Below, piece after piece: positions 1-10,796 of a stretch of 35,083 nucleotides of DNA (the first letter of the stretch is position 1; each line of letters begins with the position of its first letter). The notes under the pieces are model-generated. The model searched no databases. It had not been told where the DNA came from and saw only the letters and a list, made by a program, of their open reading frames with translations. Source of the DNA: Octopus sinensis. Taxonomy: Eukaryota. Both the position numbers and the translations under genes were made by a program. Location: positions 1 to 35,083 of the forward strand of contig NW_021829911.1 of NCBI RefSeq assembly GCF_006345805.1, written 5' to 3'.

Positions 1-57
1 TGTACGTGGTTGCGTGGTTTGTCTGAATATATGTATGTACGTATTATGTATACAAAC

Positions 58-140
58 AAATATATACTTATATATATTATATATATATATTATATACATA
101 TATAATATAGATATATATATATATATATATATATATATTA
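58..140. repeat. (TA)n microsatellite
   Basis: Near-pure TA dinucleotide run directly visible. Confidence 0.95.
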
Positions 141-270
141 CCGGAGTAGACACATAAATGTGAAACAAGGTGGAAAAAGAGTACTCAAATACCAGTGGTA
201 GAGTAATATGCTTTATGTTGCAACGGGAAACTCAGAGTAACAGGTTTTGTTGAATTTTCTGCTGCTTTAA
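141..270. mobile_element. Fragment of short non-autonomous element (Penelope-like-derived) carrying the 3' half of a hammerhead ribozyme; internally inverted
   Basis: 227-251 reads GAAA-CTCAGAG-TA-ACAGGTTTTGTT. 217-270 is homologous to the reverse complement of 3908-3960. Abuts (TA)n. Confidence 0.6.
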
Positions 271-504
271 GTAATGTATATATATATAAAGACAGGGGTA
301 GAAAGCGAAAGGGATGGAGATACAGGAAGATATATACTCTAGGGCGCACATGCACGTAAGTATATGTAATTAATTAAAATCAGTAGAAGAGATAAACATT
401 TTCCATTTTATTTTACAGCGGTTTCGTAATCTGTATTCAGTTACAGCATTGATGCTGAAACAATCAACCTACATATACGTTATACGTATGCAAAGACATG
501 TGAA

Positions 505-815
505 ATTGTGTGGCTTAGTGGTTAGGGCATTCCGCTCTCGATCGTAAGGTCGTGCGTTTAATCCCCGGCGATATGTTGTGTCCTTGAGCAAGACACTTTA
601 TTTCCCGTTGCTCCAGTTCACACAGCTGGCAAAAATTTCAAAGGGCCAGCCTTGTCACACTCTGTGACACGCTGAATATCGCTGAAAAATACGTTAAGGG
701 TACACATGTCTGCGGAGTGCTCAGCCACCTGCACGCTAATTTCACAAGCAAGCTGTTCTGCTGATTGCATCACCTGGGACCCTCGTCGTCGTAACCGACG
801 GAGTAATCCTTACAA
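505..815 (+). mobile_element. tRNA-derived SINE
   Basis: A-box TGGCTTAGTGG at 511-521 and degenerate B-box GTTTAATCC at about 556-564. The central CCTTGAGCAAGACACTTTATTTC..GTTGCTCCAGTTCAC.CAGCTG domain is shared with the SINE at 22652-22976. Confidence 0.8.
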
Positions 816-1075
816 TGACACTTACATATATAGTTGTAATATGACTTAATGAATAATAACTGATTTACGTTCCGTGTATGTATCTATCTATGTATGTATG
901 TACGTGTCTGTGCGTTCGCATGTGTGTGTGTTTGTGTGTATGTACATGTCTGTGTTGGCGGGTGCATGCTAACGCATTATGCTGTTTTAGCAATCATTCA
1001 ATTCTCAATTGACATTACGGGTTTCATTTATTTGCTTCTCAAGTTTTACAAAATAAAAATTACTTTTATAAGGAA

Positions 1076-1453
1076 ACTAGCAGTATCGCCCGGCGTTGCT
1101 CAGGTTTGTAAGGGAAATAACTATAAAGCATTTTTAGAGAGTTATAGCCAAAAAATAGCAAAAAAATTATGGTAAATTTTTTTTTTAGTTAAAAAAGGTT
1201 GAGTTGCGTCCCCTAGACAGTCTGTGGTTTGTTTCTGATTCTCGACCCCATGTCGATTTTATCGATTTTTTTCAGAACTGGGGGAACTTTTCAAAATTTT
1301 CGCTGCGTTAGTTTTGAATTATGACATTGGGCTATGTGTGTGTCAAGTTTCATCAGAATCGGTTGAAAGCCGTGGTCAGGGTGAGGGTACAAGCAAACAG
1401 ACACGCAGAAACACGCACAGACAAACTGCCGTTTATATATAGAGAGAAGAGAT
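1076..1453 (+). mobile_element. Probable non-autonomous Helitron/Helentron-type element (DINE-1/Lep1-like architecture)
   Basis: Starts ACTAGC followed by a short GC hairpin (CCCGGCGTTGCTCAGG). Contains AAGTTTCATCAGAATCGG, ACAG/ACAC simple repeats near the 3' end, and ends TTTATATATAGAGAG. Recognised by architecture only. Confidence 0.55.
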
Positions 1454-1876
1454 AAACACGCTCAAGATTGAGCGTATGACAGATACACTTATATATCTAT
1501 TTATTTACTTTTTTATACATTATCTCTATTTCTCTTATCTATGTGCATATAATTATATTGTGTGTGTGTGTGTGTGTGTGGTGTGTGTGTGTGTGTATTA
1601 CCCTGTATTGTTCTGTGTATTATTTACGTTTTTTTCTCTTCTTTTTCCTTTTCCCTCTCTCTTCTTACCCTACTGTCATTTTTGGTGTGGTGTGGCGGTG
1701 GGTGTTGCTGTTCCATTCGCGTTTTCTATTCAGGCTCGGTCTGTATACTGTTATTTGTGTACTCTCCATAATCTCATAATCTATGCGGTGTCAGTTCTAT
1801 GACACGATAGTACTTTAACCTCCCGAAATACCATACCTGTTTCAACACACAATTTCACACCAGGAATCTAGCAATA

Positions 1877-2069
1877 CGTTAGCACACCTGGCGAAATGTG
1901 TAGCCATATTTCGTCTGTCTTTACGTTCCGAGTTCAAATTCTACCGAGGTCGACTTTGCCTTTCATCCTTTCGGGGTCGATAAATTAAGTACCAGTTACG
2001 CACTGGGGTCGATGTAATCGACTTAATCCGTTTGTCTATCCTTGTTTGTCCCCTCTGTGGTAGTAAAGA
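1877..2069 (+). mobile_element. tRNA-derived SINE, decayed head (family of 4604-4841)
   Basis: GAGTTCAAATTC B-box, then GTCGACTTTGCCTTTCATCCTTTCGGGGTCGAT...ACCAGTTACGCACTGGGGTCGATGTAATCGACTTAATCC, nearly identical to about 4678-4790. Confidence 0.85.
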
Positions 2070-3339
2070 TATATATATATATATATATATGATTTCTCAT
2101 ATTTCAGCCAGTCACATTTTTCAATGATAATTTTATTGATAAGAAAGAGGAATGTAAAGGTATTGATGATATAATTATTACAATCAAACGTGAAAGAGAA
2201 GGAGTCGTGCATTAATAGAAAAAATTACATTTGTTGTTCCCGCAATTAATCATTCGATTGAACTTATCAAAATATAATCTTCATATAGATATCAAAGGAC
2301 TAGTAATGAAGATGATGAAATAATTATCGAGTGAATAGCTTGATTGGATGTGAGAATATCGAACAGGATATTTTAAGCGTTTGAAATAATTCATTAACAA
2401 CATTTCCATTCCATTAATAGAGATTTTTAAATTGAATTTCTAATGAATTAAACGATTAAATCCATCTGATTATGTAAACATGTTGGTGTCATTAGCATAG
2501 CAAGCATGGCTGAACAAAACGTGAGCTCGCGGCAAACGGATTCTCTCACCTGGTTTTGGTTTCCTTTTACAGCAAAATCAATTCACGTGCGGTTCCTACA
2601 TCTGCAAATGGCATTAACGTAATAAAAACATATTTCTTCACTCTGCTGGTGTTAAAATAAGTGTAATCACGTTTTGATTTTCTTGGAGCGTGAATTGAAG
2701 GGAATTTCCAGATTTTCTATCACGTGCGCATACATTTCGTCTCTTCTATTTGTTTATGCATGAATTACATGGATTGGGTGACAAAATGCTCACCATATGC
2801 ATTTGACTGCAATTGATTATTTTTATGATAAACAATTGTATACGTCAGAAATAATAATTACAACGGCCTTAAAAGTCTTTACACTAAATATTGGAGTTCA
2901 ATAACAAGGCATAAATATCTGACAGAAATTTTCTCACTAACTTCAGGTCTATAATGGTATGCGGTTGTAAAACGCTTATTTTATGCACGATTGTTATCTC
3001 AGAAATGCTATATTTAGCTCATTTCAACACATTCTCCAATATTGCATGCATGTACAGACGCATCATTTTAGCTAACAATATAACAAGAGCATTGATAACC
3101 TGCATTATGTCGATAACAAAAGAGTGACTCGTTGGAAAAGTAAATTTGACATTGCTTATAATGGTATTAAACACATGACATAACAGTGGAGATCCACTTT
3201 CATTTGTTTGCATGGATTTGCTTCGTAAAATACATGGATACATGGTGGCTGCCCCCTCGTTATCGAGTATGGCCATTGCACGAAGCTTAATGTTGTTATC
3301 GTGCAATGCCTGTGCAAGAATATTTTTTTTAAAGTGAGG

Positions 3340-3796
3340 AAAGGCTGTGCACTGAGTCAACCCTACTCACTAAGCAACAGCAGCTATATTCCGAAAAGAA
3401 GAACAAGTCAACATCACTGGTAACCACTGAGCCGCAGGTTTTATGTCGGAGTTATCCCAGTTACATGAGTTACCTTCTCCTAGAAAGATGCCCTAACAAA
3501 GGCTAGGAGTCCTTCACTCCCAATGGTTTAACCGCGCGATCAGGTATTCAGTACGATTATTTCTATGTCCCTGCGTATGATACAGCCTTAAGACATTTAT
3601 TGGATGGCCGTTGACTCTCAAGAGTTCCTCTGCCCGTTGACGGGTTTTGTTTTTCATCCCGCAGGGTGTCCAATAAACACCCTCCTCACCAAGCAAGCGT
3701 AGTGGGGTTGCCGGTTTAGCCGCCGGCGATCCGACCATGCAACAGGTTGTGCTGGGTTACATGTTACCAGTAGCACTCGAAAGTGACCTGGCATAA
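3340..3796 (-). mobile_element. RTE-clade LINE 5' region / RTE-derived non-autonomous fragment
   Basis: Minus strand has CTAAACCGGCAACCCC and GGAGAAGGTAACTC...ATAAAACCTGC motifs that I recognise from RTE 5' regions. Homologous segments recur at 22125-22250 and 22352-22385. Confidence 0.55.
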
Positions 3797-3926
3797 ACAT
3801 GCATACATACACACACACACACACACATACACACACTCACACACACACATATATATATATCTGTGTGTGTGTGTAAGTATGTATGTATGTATGTATATAT
3901 ACTTTATTTAAAAGCAGCAGAAATAT

Positions 3927-3979
3927 AACAAAAACTCCTACTCAGAGTTTCACGTTCCCGTTCGTCGGACAGTTTTGTT
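3927..3979 (-). ncRNA. Minimal type I hammerhead ribozyme motif
   Basis: Minus strand reads AACAAAACUGU-CCGACGA-ACG GGAA CGU-GAAA-CUCUGAG-UA/GGAGUUUUUGUU: helix I, core (U4C variant), 3-bp helix II, GAAA, palindromic helix III and GUA cleavage triplet. Confidence 0.7.
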
Positions 3980-4179
3980 ATATATATATATAAATTACAT
4001 TTATGAATTCATGTTGCAAGTTTCTTGAGGTGAAACCGTGTGTTGCGACAGATATTGTTATGTTTCGGGATAGTCATTTTTCTTTCTTGCCAAAGAAACA
4101 CACTCACTATATATTCGCTTTTTACTAATTTATTAATGTTTTTATTTTACCTTATGTCCATTGTCTGGAAATCTCTCGT

Positions 4180-4274
4180 CGCACTGGGGTCAATGTAATC
4201 GACTTAATACATATGTCTGTCCTTGTTTGTCCCCTCTGTGTTTGGCCCCTTGTGGGTAATAAAGAAATAGGTAT
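4180..4274 (+). mobile_element. SINE 3' fragment (family of 4604-4841)
   Basis: CGCACTGGGGTCAATGTAATCGACTTAAT...GCCCCTTGTGGGTAATAAAGAAATAGGTAT matches about 4746-4840. Confidence 0.85.
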
Positions 4275-4603
4275 GTGACAACCTATATTTGTAACTTCAA
4301 GCTAATACAAGCATTTTTGGGAGGTGCCGTCATCGTATACAAGCAACAATTATAAATAGTGGTTTTATTTAGGTACATAGATGTCTACCATTTTATTATG
4401 AAAAAGCATTTAAGCAAAACTGATATACATCGCCTTTGAAGTTAGTCAAATATTTTCATCTCTCTCTCTCACACACACACACACACGTGCGCACGAGCGC
4501 AAATACTTATTCAGAATGACTTTGTCAACATTTTCCTGATACAAAAATACATTTGCGAATCTACGGAAAAGTATTATGATTTTTCAATTTATTGTTCAGT
4601 AGG

Positions 4604-4841
4604 GGCAGCGAGCTGGCAGATTCGTCAGCACGCCGGGAGAGAATGCTTAGCGGTATTTTGTCTGCCGCTACGTTCTGAGTTCAAATTCTGCTCATGTCGA
4701 CTTTGCCTTTCATCCTTTCGGGGTCGATTAAATAAATACCAGTTACGCACTGGGGTCGATATAATCGACTTAATCCGTTTGTCTGTCCTTGTTTGTCCTC
4801 TCTGTGTTTAGCCCCTTGTGGGTAGTAAAGAAATAGGTATT
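4604..4841 (+). mobile_element. Near full-length tRNA-derived SINE
   Basis: A-box-like TGGCAGATTCG at about 4614-4624 and B-box GAGTTCAAATTC at 4678-4689. Body is shared with 1877-2069, 4180-4274 and 23650-23862. Confidence 0.85.
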
Positions 4842-4990
4842 CCGTCTGTCTTTACATTCTAAGTTCAAATTCTGCTATAGTCCAGATTATATCGGGTTCG
4901 ATAAAATGAATATCAGTTGAAGAGTGGGGTCGAAGTAATCGACTGAACCCACACTCAAAATACATGATCTTGTGCGAAAATTTGAAACCA
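4836..4990 (+). mobile_element. Second, 5'-truncated and more diverged SINE copy fused in tandem
   Basis: GGTATTCCGTCTGTCTTTACATTCTAAGTTCAAATTC...GGGGTCGAAGTAATCGACT repeats the body of the preceding copy. Confidence 0.7.
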
Positions 4991-5065
4991 TACTGTGTAG
5001 TTGTTTTATGTAAAACATTACATAAAACAAGCATTAATAGATACGTGGACACGGTATATATATAT

Positions 5066-5508
5066 ATAATCCCAAAAAACGGAATAAGAACGAAAAACAA
5101 TGACAATGAAAACATACAAACATATAGACGATACAGAGATGAACAGGAAAAAGCAGGAAGGATCATTCGTGGTCCTCTGTTCATCAGTCAAGCTTCCAAT
5201 TATCATTATAGCTTCTGTCTGTTACATTCGGGACTGTTGAAAATTGGTAGGATCCATTAAATTTTGGGAAGAAAGCAAGCGAATATGTACGACTACACAA
5301 ACAAAAAACAAGGGAATAAAGAAAATGTTACACTATTACAAATACAAACAGCAAGAGAATAACAACAGATGTCTGTCGACTAATGAGGACAAGATAAGTT
5401 AAGCTGGCTTGTGAATTGAAACCCTTCAGGTAAAAACATAGATGAAAATTAGGAGACAGGAAAATAAGGTGTTTTACTTATAGCGGCGCACGTACAACTT
5501 TTGCTCGC
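5066..5508 (-). mobile_element. Decayed (TA)n-flanked element, probably Penelope-like-derived, with hammerhead-like remnant
   Basis: Bounded by TA runs on both sides. Minus strand reads CTGATGA (5187-5181), 12 nt, GAA, TGATCC, then a pyrimidine-rich tail ending GGGATTA-(TA)n, the same layout as 7380-7508. Confidence 0.4.
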
Positions 5509-5511
5509 TAT

Positions 5512-5560
<49 letters not shown>

Positions 5561-6199
5561 AAGAATGAAAAGGAACACACTAGTTGATATATATGAAAAA
5601 ACAAGTCAAGATAGAAAATGCTAAAATAATTTTATAAAGAACATTCCATTGAAATATTCTTTATAAAATGAACTGAAATGTTCTTTATAAAATTATTTTA
5701 TCATTTTCTATCTTGACTTGTTTTTTCATATATATATATATATACAGTAAAAGCAATTAAGATTCAAGTGAGTTCTGTTGAATTCACATGAATGAGGTAC
5801 TTAACTTAGATGCACCAGAAATATATATGGTATTAGCCATAAGATAATGCGGGGTGATTACAAACAGAAAAAAGCAACAAAAATGGATCAGTATTTCGGT
5901 ACAATTGTTTCGTACGAAGACTACCTTTATTAAGGCTGCAAATATTGCAGCAACTACACGTGACCCGTACTCATCAGCCGAGTACATATATCTACGAATA
6001 CATATATAGTCATACTTACATACTTGCATAAGTTGTAGTATATATTTCTAGTATTAATTTGTCCACTAGCTAAGTAGAATAATTAGATGATTTCTGGAAA
6101 CATTTTCTTTTATTATGGTTAACACATTCTATGCTATTTGGTGTTTCGTGTGAAAGAGGCGTTCATGAGATGGATATTAATGGATAAAGTAACTGGCAC

Positions 6200-6350
6200 T
6201 ATATGCGGAATTATCTTTAGCATTCATTGCCTGGGGGACAATCTATCCCAGTGTTGCGTGACAGGATACGAACAGCTTGGGAATCCCAAGAAATTCAACA
6301 CCTTTTTCCATATGGTCAACACATGTTACTAGAAGATTGATTGAAAAATA
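6200..6350 (+). pseudogene. Possible Tc1-type transposase C-terminal relic
   Basis: One frame reads IPVLRDRIRTAWESQEIQHLF, resembling the Tc1 C-terminal 'L..RI..AW..IPQ..IQ.L' helix. Surrounded by stops. Confidence 0.35.
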
Positions 6351-6877
6351 ATCGAAAACATACTGCATAGTAAACAGAAGATATCGATAATGTCAGCGTT
6401 TCTTGGGCTGACATAGGCCGTGTAAACTACATAGTTTCCTACTTAAGCACAAAACCTTAAACACATATTCTAGCTATTTATTCAGTGAAGCCATCTAAAT
6501 ATACGGATCACATTTATTGCGGTGTTGAAGCCTGGTGGATCGTCGCGAGTAAAAAAAAGTAAATATGAAAATACAAATAGATGTGAGTATACAGTGAGAT
6601 AAGTATTGTTATTGATTAAATTTTCTCCTGACATAAAGCATACGGTGAACATGACCAAGTCACTGTACACAGAAGATACACTGAAACTAATCAATATACT
6701 ATAGTATATATACATACGGCAAATATAGAGCAAGACAAATACCCGATTTTACTTTACAAGTATATGTCAGAATATAAACTGTTTGCTATGACGTTAGTTT
6801 GGATTCTGATACTTGGCGACACTCTGTCACATTTCACAAGTTACGAAACCACACCACATAAGCAAATACAAACATGC

Positions 6878-7025
6878 CTATATATATATTCATATGTGTG
6901 TGTGTACACACATATATACATACACGCATATATATTCATATGTGTGTGTGTGTACACATATATACATACATGCATATATATTCATATGTGTGTGTGTACA
7001 CACATATATACATACATGCATATAT
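6878..7025. repeat. Minisatellite, about 3 x 46 bp
   Basis: ATTCATATG anchors at 6888, 6934 and 6980. Confidence 0.9.
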
Positions 7026-7249
7026 GTATGTATAAGCACGGTCAATGGCGTCTACGTGTACGTGTGTGTGTATGCATATAAATATAAATATATACATGAA
7101 AAAACACACACATGTATACATAAATATATTTTGAGCCAGCAATTGTTATGACCGTAAATGATACTAAGCCACAAACACACACACACACACACGTACTATC
7201 ATTACATGCACACACACAGACACACACACATACCTCCTTCTCTTGCACT

Positions 7250-7504
7250 CTCCTGCCTTTGAAAGAGCTTTTTCTTCACCCATTCCCTTCCGGTCATTTC
7301 AATATGTGACAGTGTGTGTATAGTTGGCGATTTTCTTTCTCCGTCTTCGTTTCCTTCGACCTTTCCTTTCTCTATGTTTCTGACGAAGAGCCCCACTCGA
7401 AACGTGATATCCTCCTCCTTTCTTTCCTTTCCTGAGCGTCCAATAACACTATACGTGTTCCACGTCCTTGCGTTGTTTTGTTTTCTCTTTGTTCATGTTT
7501 GGAT

Positions 7505-7508
<4 letters not shown>
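7250..7508 (+). mobile_element. Short non-autonomous element (Penelope-like-derived) containing a decayed hammerhead motif at 7380-7406
   Basis: CTGACGA-A-GAG-CCCCA-CTC-GAAA-CGT-G at 7380-7406, followed by a pyrimidine-rich tail that runs into (TA)n at about 7509. Confidence 0.6.
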
Positions 7509-7544
<36 letters not shown>

Positions 7545-7942
7545 CAAAATAAGCAACAAGAATAACTCTGGTAATTTGGTACGATCGTTTCGCACATCAT
7601 TTTATTAAATGTTGTAAGTATTACAACAGTTTTAAAATGCTGAGCACTCATCAGCCATTAATAGAGGTTTTCCATTAATACATAATTTTCATATCAAGTG
7701 GTAACATTATAGAGAAGGTAGATATATAGACAAAGATGTGGATTTAAATTTTAAGAACATTTGAGGTAGTGGAGCTTATCAACGGACTGACTAAAATTCA
7801 GTTGCTCCGAACCACTGTAAGGTTCTGAGCGGAAAGGACAAATGGAAGGAGATAACAAATATTTTCTATATATAGAAATGGGGGGGGGTGTGAAAGAGAT
7901 GTCAGAGTTCCATATAAAGAATTTATGTAAAGAAAAGGATGC

Positions 7943-7989
<47 letters not shown>

Positions 7990-10711
7990 GTGTGTGTGTG
8001 TCTGTATGTATGTATATATGCGTATATTGCTGAGAGGCAAGCAGAGGGAAAGAGAAACATAGTAAGACTATGCAAGAAGGATGTATGTTAAACTGAGCTG
8101 AAATGTTTAGTGTGTGAAATATTCTTTTGTGTTTTTGTTGTTGTTGTTCTATCCTAGATCTGGCCAGATCGTGAGACATATGACATAAAACATTCCAGTA
8201 ACGATCTTTCTGCTAATTTTTCGTATCTGTAGAGAACGTCAGTCTATATTATCTTTAGTTTGTCAGCATGCGAGTTGGTGAAAATTCAACTTTTGCAGGT
8301 CTGCAAGAGAGGGGCATCACCAGGAACTTTTTGGAGTTTAGTCTTAGATTTTGAACGTCGAACTATGAAATAATTAACTGGAAGTCAATTTTGTTTTTAA
8401 AAGAAAAGAATCAATATGTAATGCTGACAATAGTATAAAACTATAGAAACGGATTTGAAATAAGTGAACTATTGTCCGTTATTAACGTAGGTAAATATAT
8501 CAGTGATATAACTGATTTGCACGAAAATTAAAACAGCTCCCTTGTGTGCCTGGTTTGTAATTTATATCTCGGTGGGGGTTACGTTGTTCTCAATTAGGCT
8601 TGACAGCCCAATTATCGAGTATAATCGTGCCGCTATCTTTGTAAGATGATTGTTTTAACGTTAGTGTTTGGAACATAGAGAACGCATTTGGATATATTAA
8701 AATCGGTAAAGGTTCAAATATGTCCCTTTTTAGTGTATGTAAATGTTTTATTAGTTCCGTAAAACATCTACTCATCACAGATTATGAATTTCAAATCATC
8801 CATATATTTTCCCTACAGAATAAATTTTTGTCACGAGTAAAATAATCGGGTTAGCTCGCACGTTTAACTGTGTAATTAACATTCGGTTCAAATAACACAT
8901 ACAAATATTAACTCCAAGTTTAAGTTTATTATCCATGAGTTGACTGATAGCTCTCATTTACACGGTCTTTTCATATCAAAATATCAATCTATACACACGT
9001 TGCCCTAAAGCAATTAATGAAAGCATGGTCTATACTACTAAATCATAATCGCTTATTGATGACATATCTGGACGTTGGCTCCCTATGGAATGTTTCAAAT
9101 GGGACTCAATGTCGCTTGCTATACAGAAGTATATGTTTTGTTCATGAACACATTATCCTGTAGCATTCACTTGCTCTACCCGATTCTTTGTATAATTCAT
9201 TATTGTACGTATCGGCTTTGTAATCACTACTGATTTTTACGTTTTTCATAAACATAGTTACAATTGATCAATTGTTTATATCTAATATCCAATGTAGTCC
9301 CATTTCAAGCTTTCTTCTTCGTTCATAGTCAATTTCATTACTAATATTCCCTCTTTCCGTGAATGTTTGCTTAGTAATTTCCTCTTTCACATTCCTTATT
9401 TGTGTATTTGCTTCTTTCTCTCTCTGCTTATTTCTCTCATGGCTTATTTCTCTCAATATCTCTCTTCTTTTTATGCAATTATTCTCCGATCTAGTTTAAC
9501 TCAAGAACCCTACTCTCGTGCACGCACACTACTCATTTAATTTTAACCCCCACATTTTTTCTTTCGTTATCTCTATGTGTCTCTATGTGCCTGTGTCGCT
9601 CTATACCTCTCTCTCTCGAGCATTAATATGTACTCCTTCAGTAAACAACACCATTAATTAACTACAATTGAGGCTCCACCCTAAATCAGGAAATCCATTG
9701 TACACCTCAATACACAATAATAAATGGATGAAACGATAACACTACGAGTAATTGATTTCTACGAATTCGTTCGCGTCTACGCTCTGTTATATATGAGGGA
9801 TGAATACCCAAAGTACCTTACTAATTGGAGAAAATAATGAATTATTAACAGTCCTGTTCTGCAACAATATGCCATATAGTAATTTATTGTATCCTTTATT
9901 ATATCAAGTAATGTTGTTTGCCTGCAAATATCATAGAAACTGTTTTAAATAAGAGCACAGAGGTTTTAGTTGAGAAGAATTGATTTCATGCTCACATGAT
10001 GCTACAATACCAAGGAGTAGGTTTAAAATTATCAGGTTAATTTACTCACAATTCGATATTTTCTCTCATTACTTTCAAGTCATGCAGGGAAATGCTATAT
10101 GTCAAATATTAAAATAAGATCGAGTACTTATATTCTAAATTACCATGGAACCGAATATTTTTCCGATATTTTATCATTGTCTCTTCAAGTGAGAGCAAAT
10201 TTAAAATACTATTAACGACTAGGATTATTAAAATCTCTAGTTGCCATTTATTACTCTTTGGTCATCAATCGTTGATTATGTTTGAATTCATAAACGTTCC
10301 GTCTCTGACCACGCCATCGGAGTGTATTTAGATTAAAAATAAAATTGCTTGATGTGCACATCTTTATTGAAGAATTTGTAGTGTAAAGGGACAATTTGAA
10401 GCTATTACTCTCTGCGTTACAATACATGGTATTTAAGATATTTTGTATTCATTTCTATTGAAGAAGGAAGTACATGATCCAGTACAGTGACGCCGGGATT
10501 GGAAAGACAGAAGGTTGGAAAGTGTTGTCCTCAAAACGGAAACATGACTCGAATGCTTGTAACAAAGTGGACCTCTCTAAAGAAATACTAGGCGGAGGTG
10601 ACTATGACAGATTTTGAGAACGGAATTAAAGTTGCGGCAAAAATACCGCAAATCATTCAGTCCGATAACATAGCAGCTCTGCTAATCGACCGTCGTAGAT
10701 TGGTAACTTTG

Positions 10712-10796
10712 ATAAAAGTTACACTCGAAGGTATATGACGAAGCAATATAAAAGTTACACTCGAAGCAATAAGGCGAAGCAATATGGCGAAGCAAT
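10712..10796. repeat. Short nested tandem repeats
   Basis: ATAAAAGTTACACTCGAAG at 10712 and 10748; CGAAGCAAT at 10739, 10762, 10775 and 10788. Confidence 0.9.

Noticed and set aside
1790-1835. CTATGA...CCCGAAATAC as a degenerate hammerhead
   Set aside because: The core lacks a base, and no convincing helix II or helix I is present.
3019-3360. 113-aa minus-strand ORF
   Set aside because: Starts inside an RTE-derived fragment at a non-ATG codon, has no recognisable motif, and shows no supporting splice structure.
5971-5977. CTGATGA on the minus strand as a hammerhead core
   Set aside because: No helix II plus GAAA downstream.
7756-8640. Candidate small plus-strand exons (7756-7816 TFEVVELINGLTKIQLLRTT; from 8158 IWPDR; 8598-8640 LDSPIIEYNRAAIF) with AG/GT boundaries
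   Set aside because: Peptides are not recognisable, phases do not chain into a long frame, and such sites are expected by chance in AT-rich DNA. RNA-seq would be needed.
10604-10738. MTDFENGIKVA as a Tc1 transposase N-terminus
   Set aside because: Similarity is limited to a few residues, with no continuation or TIR.
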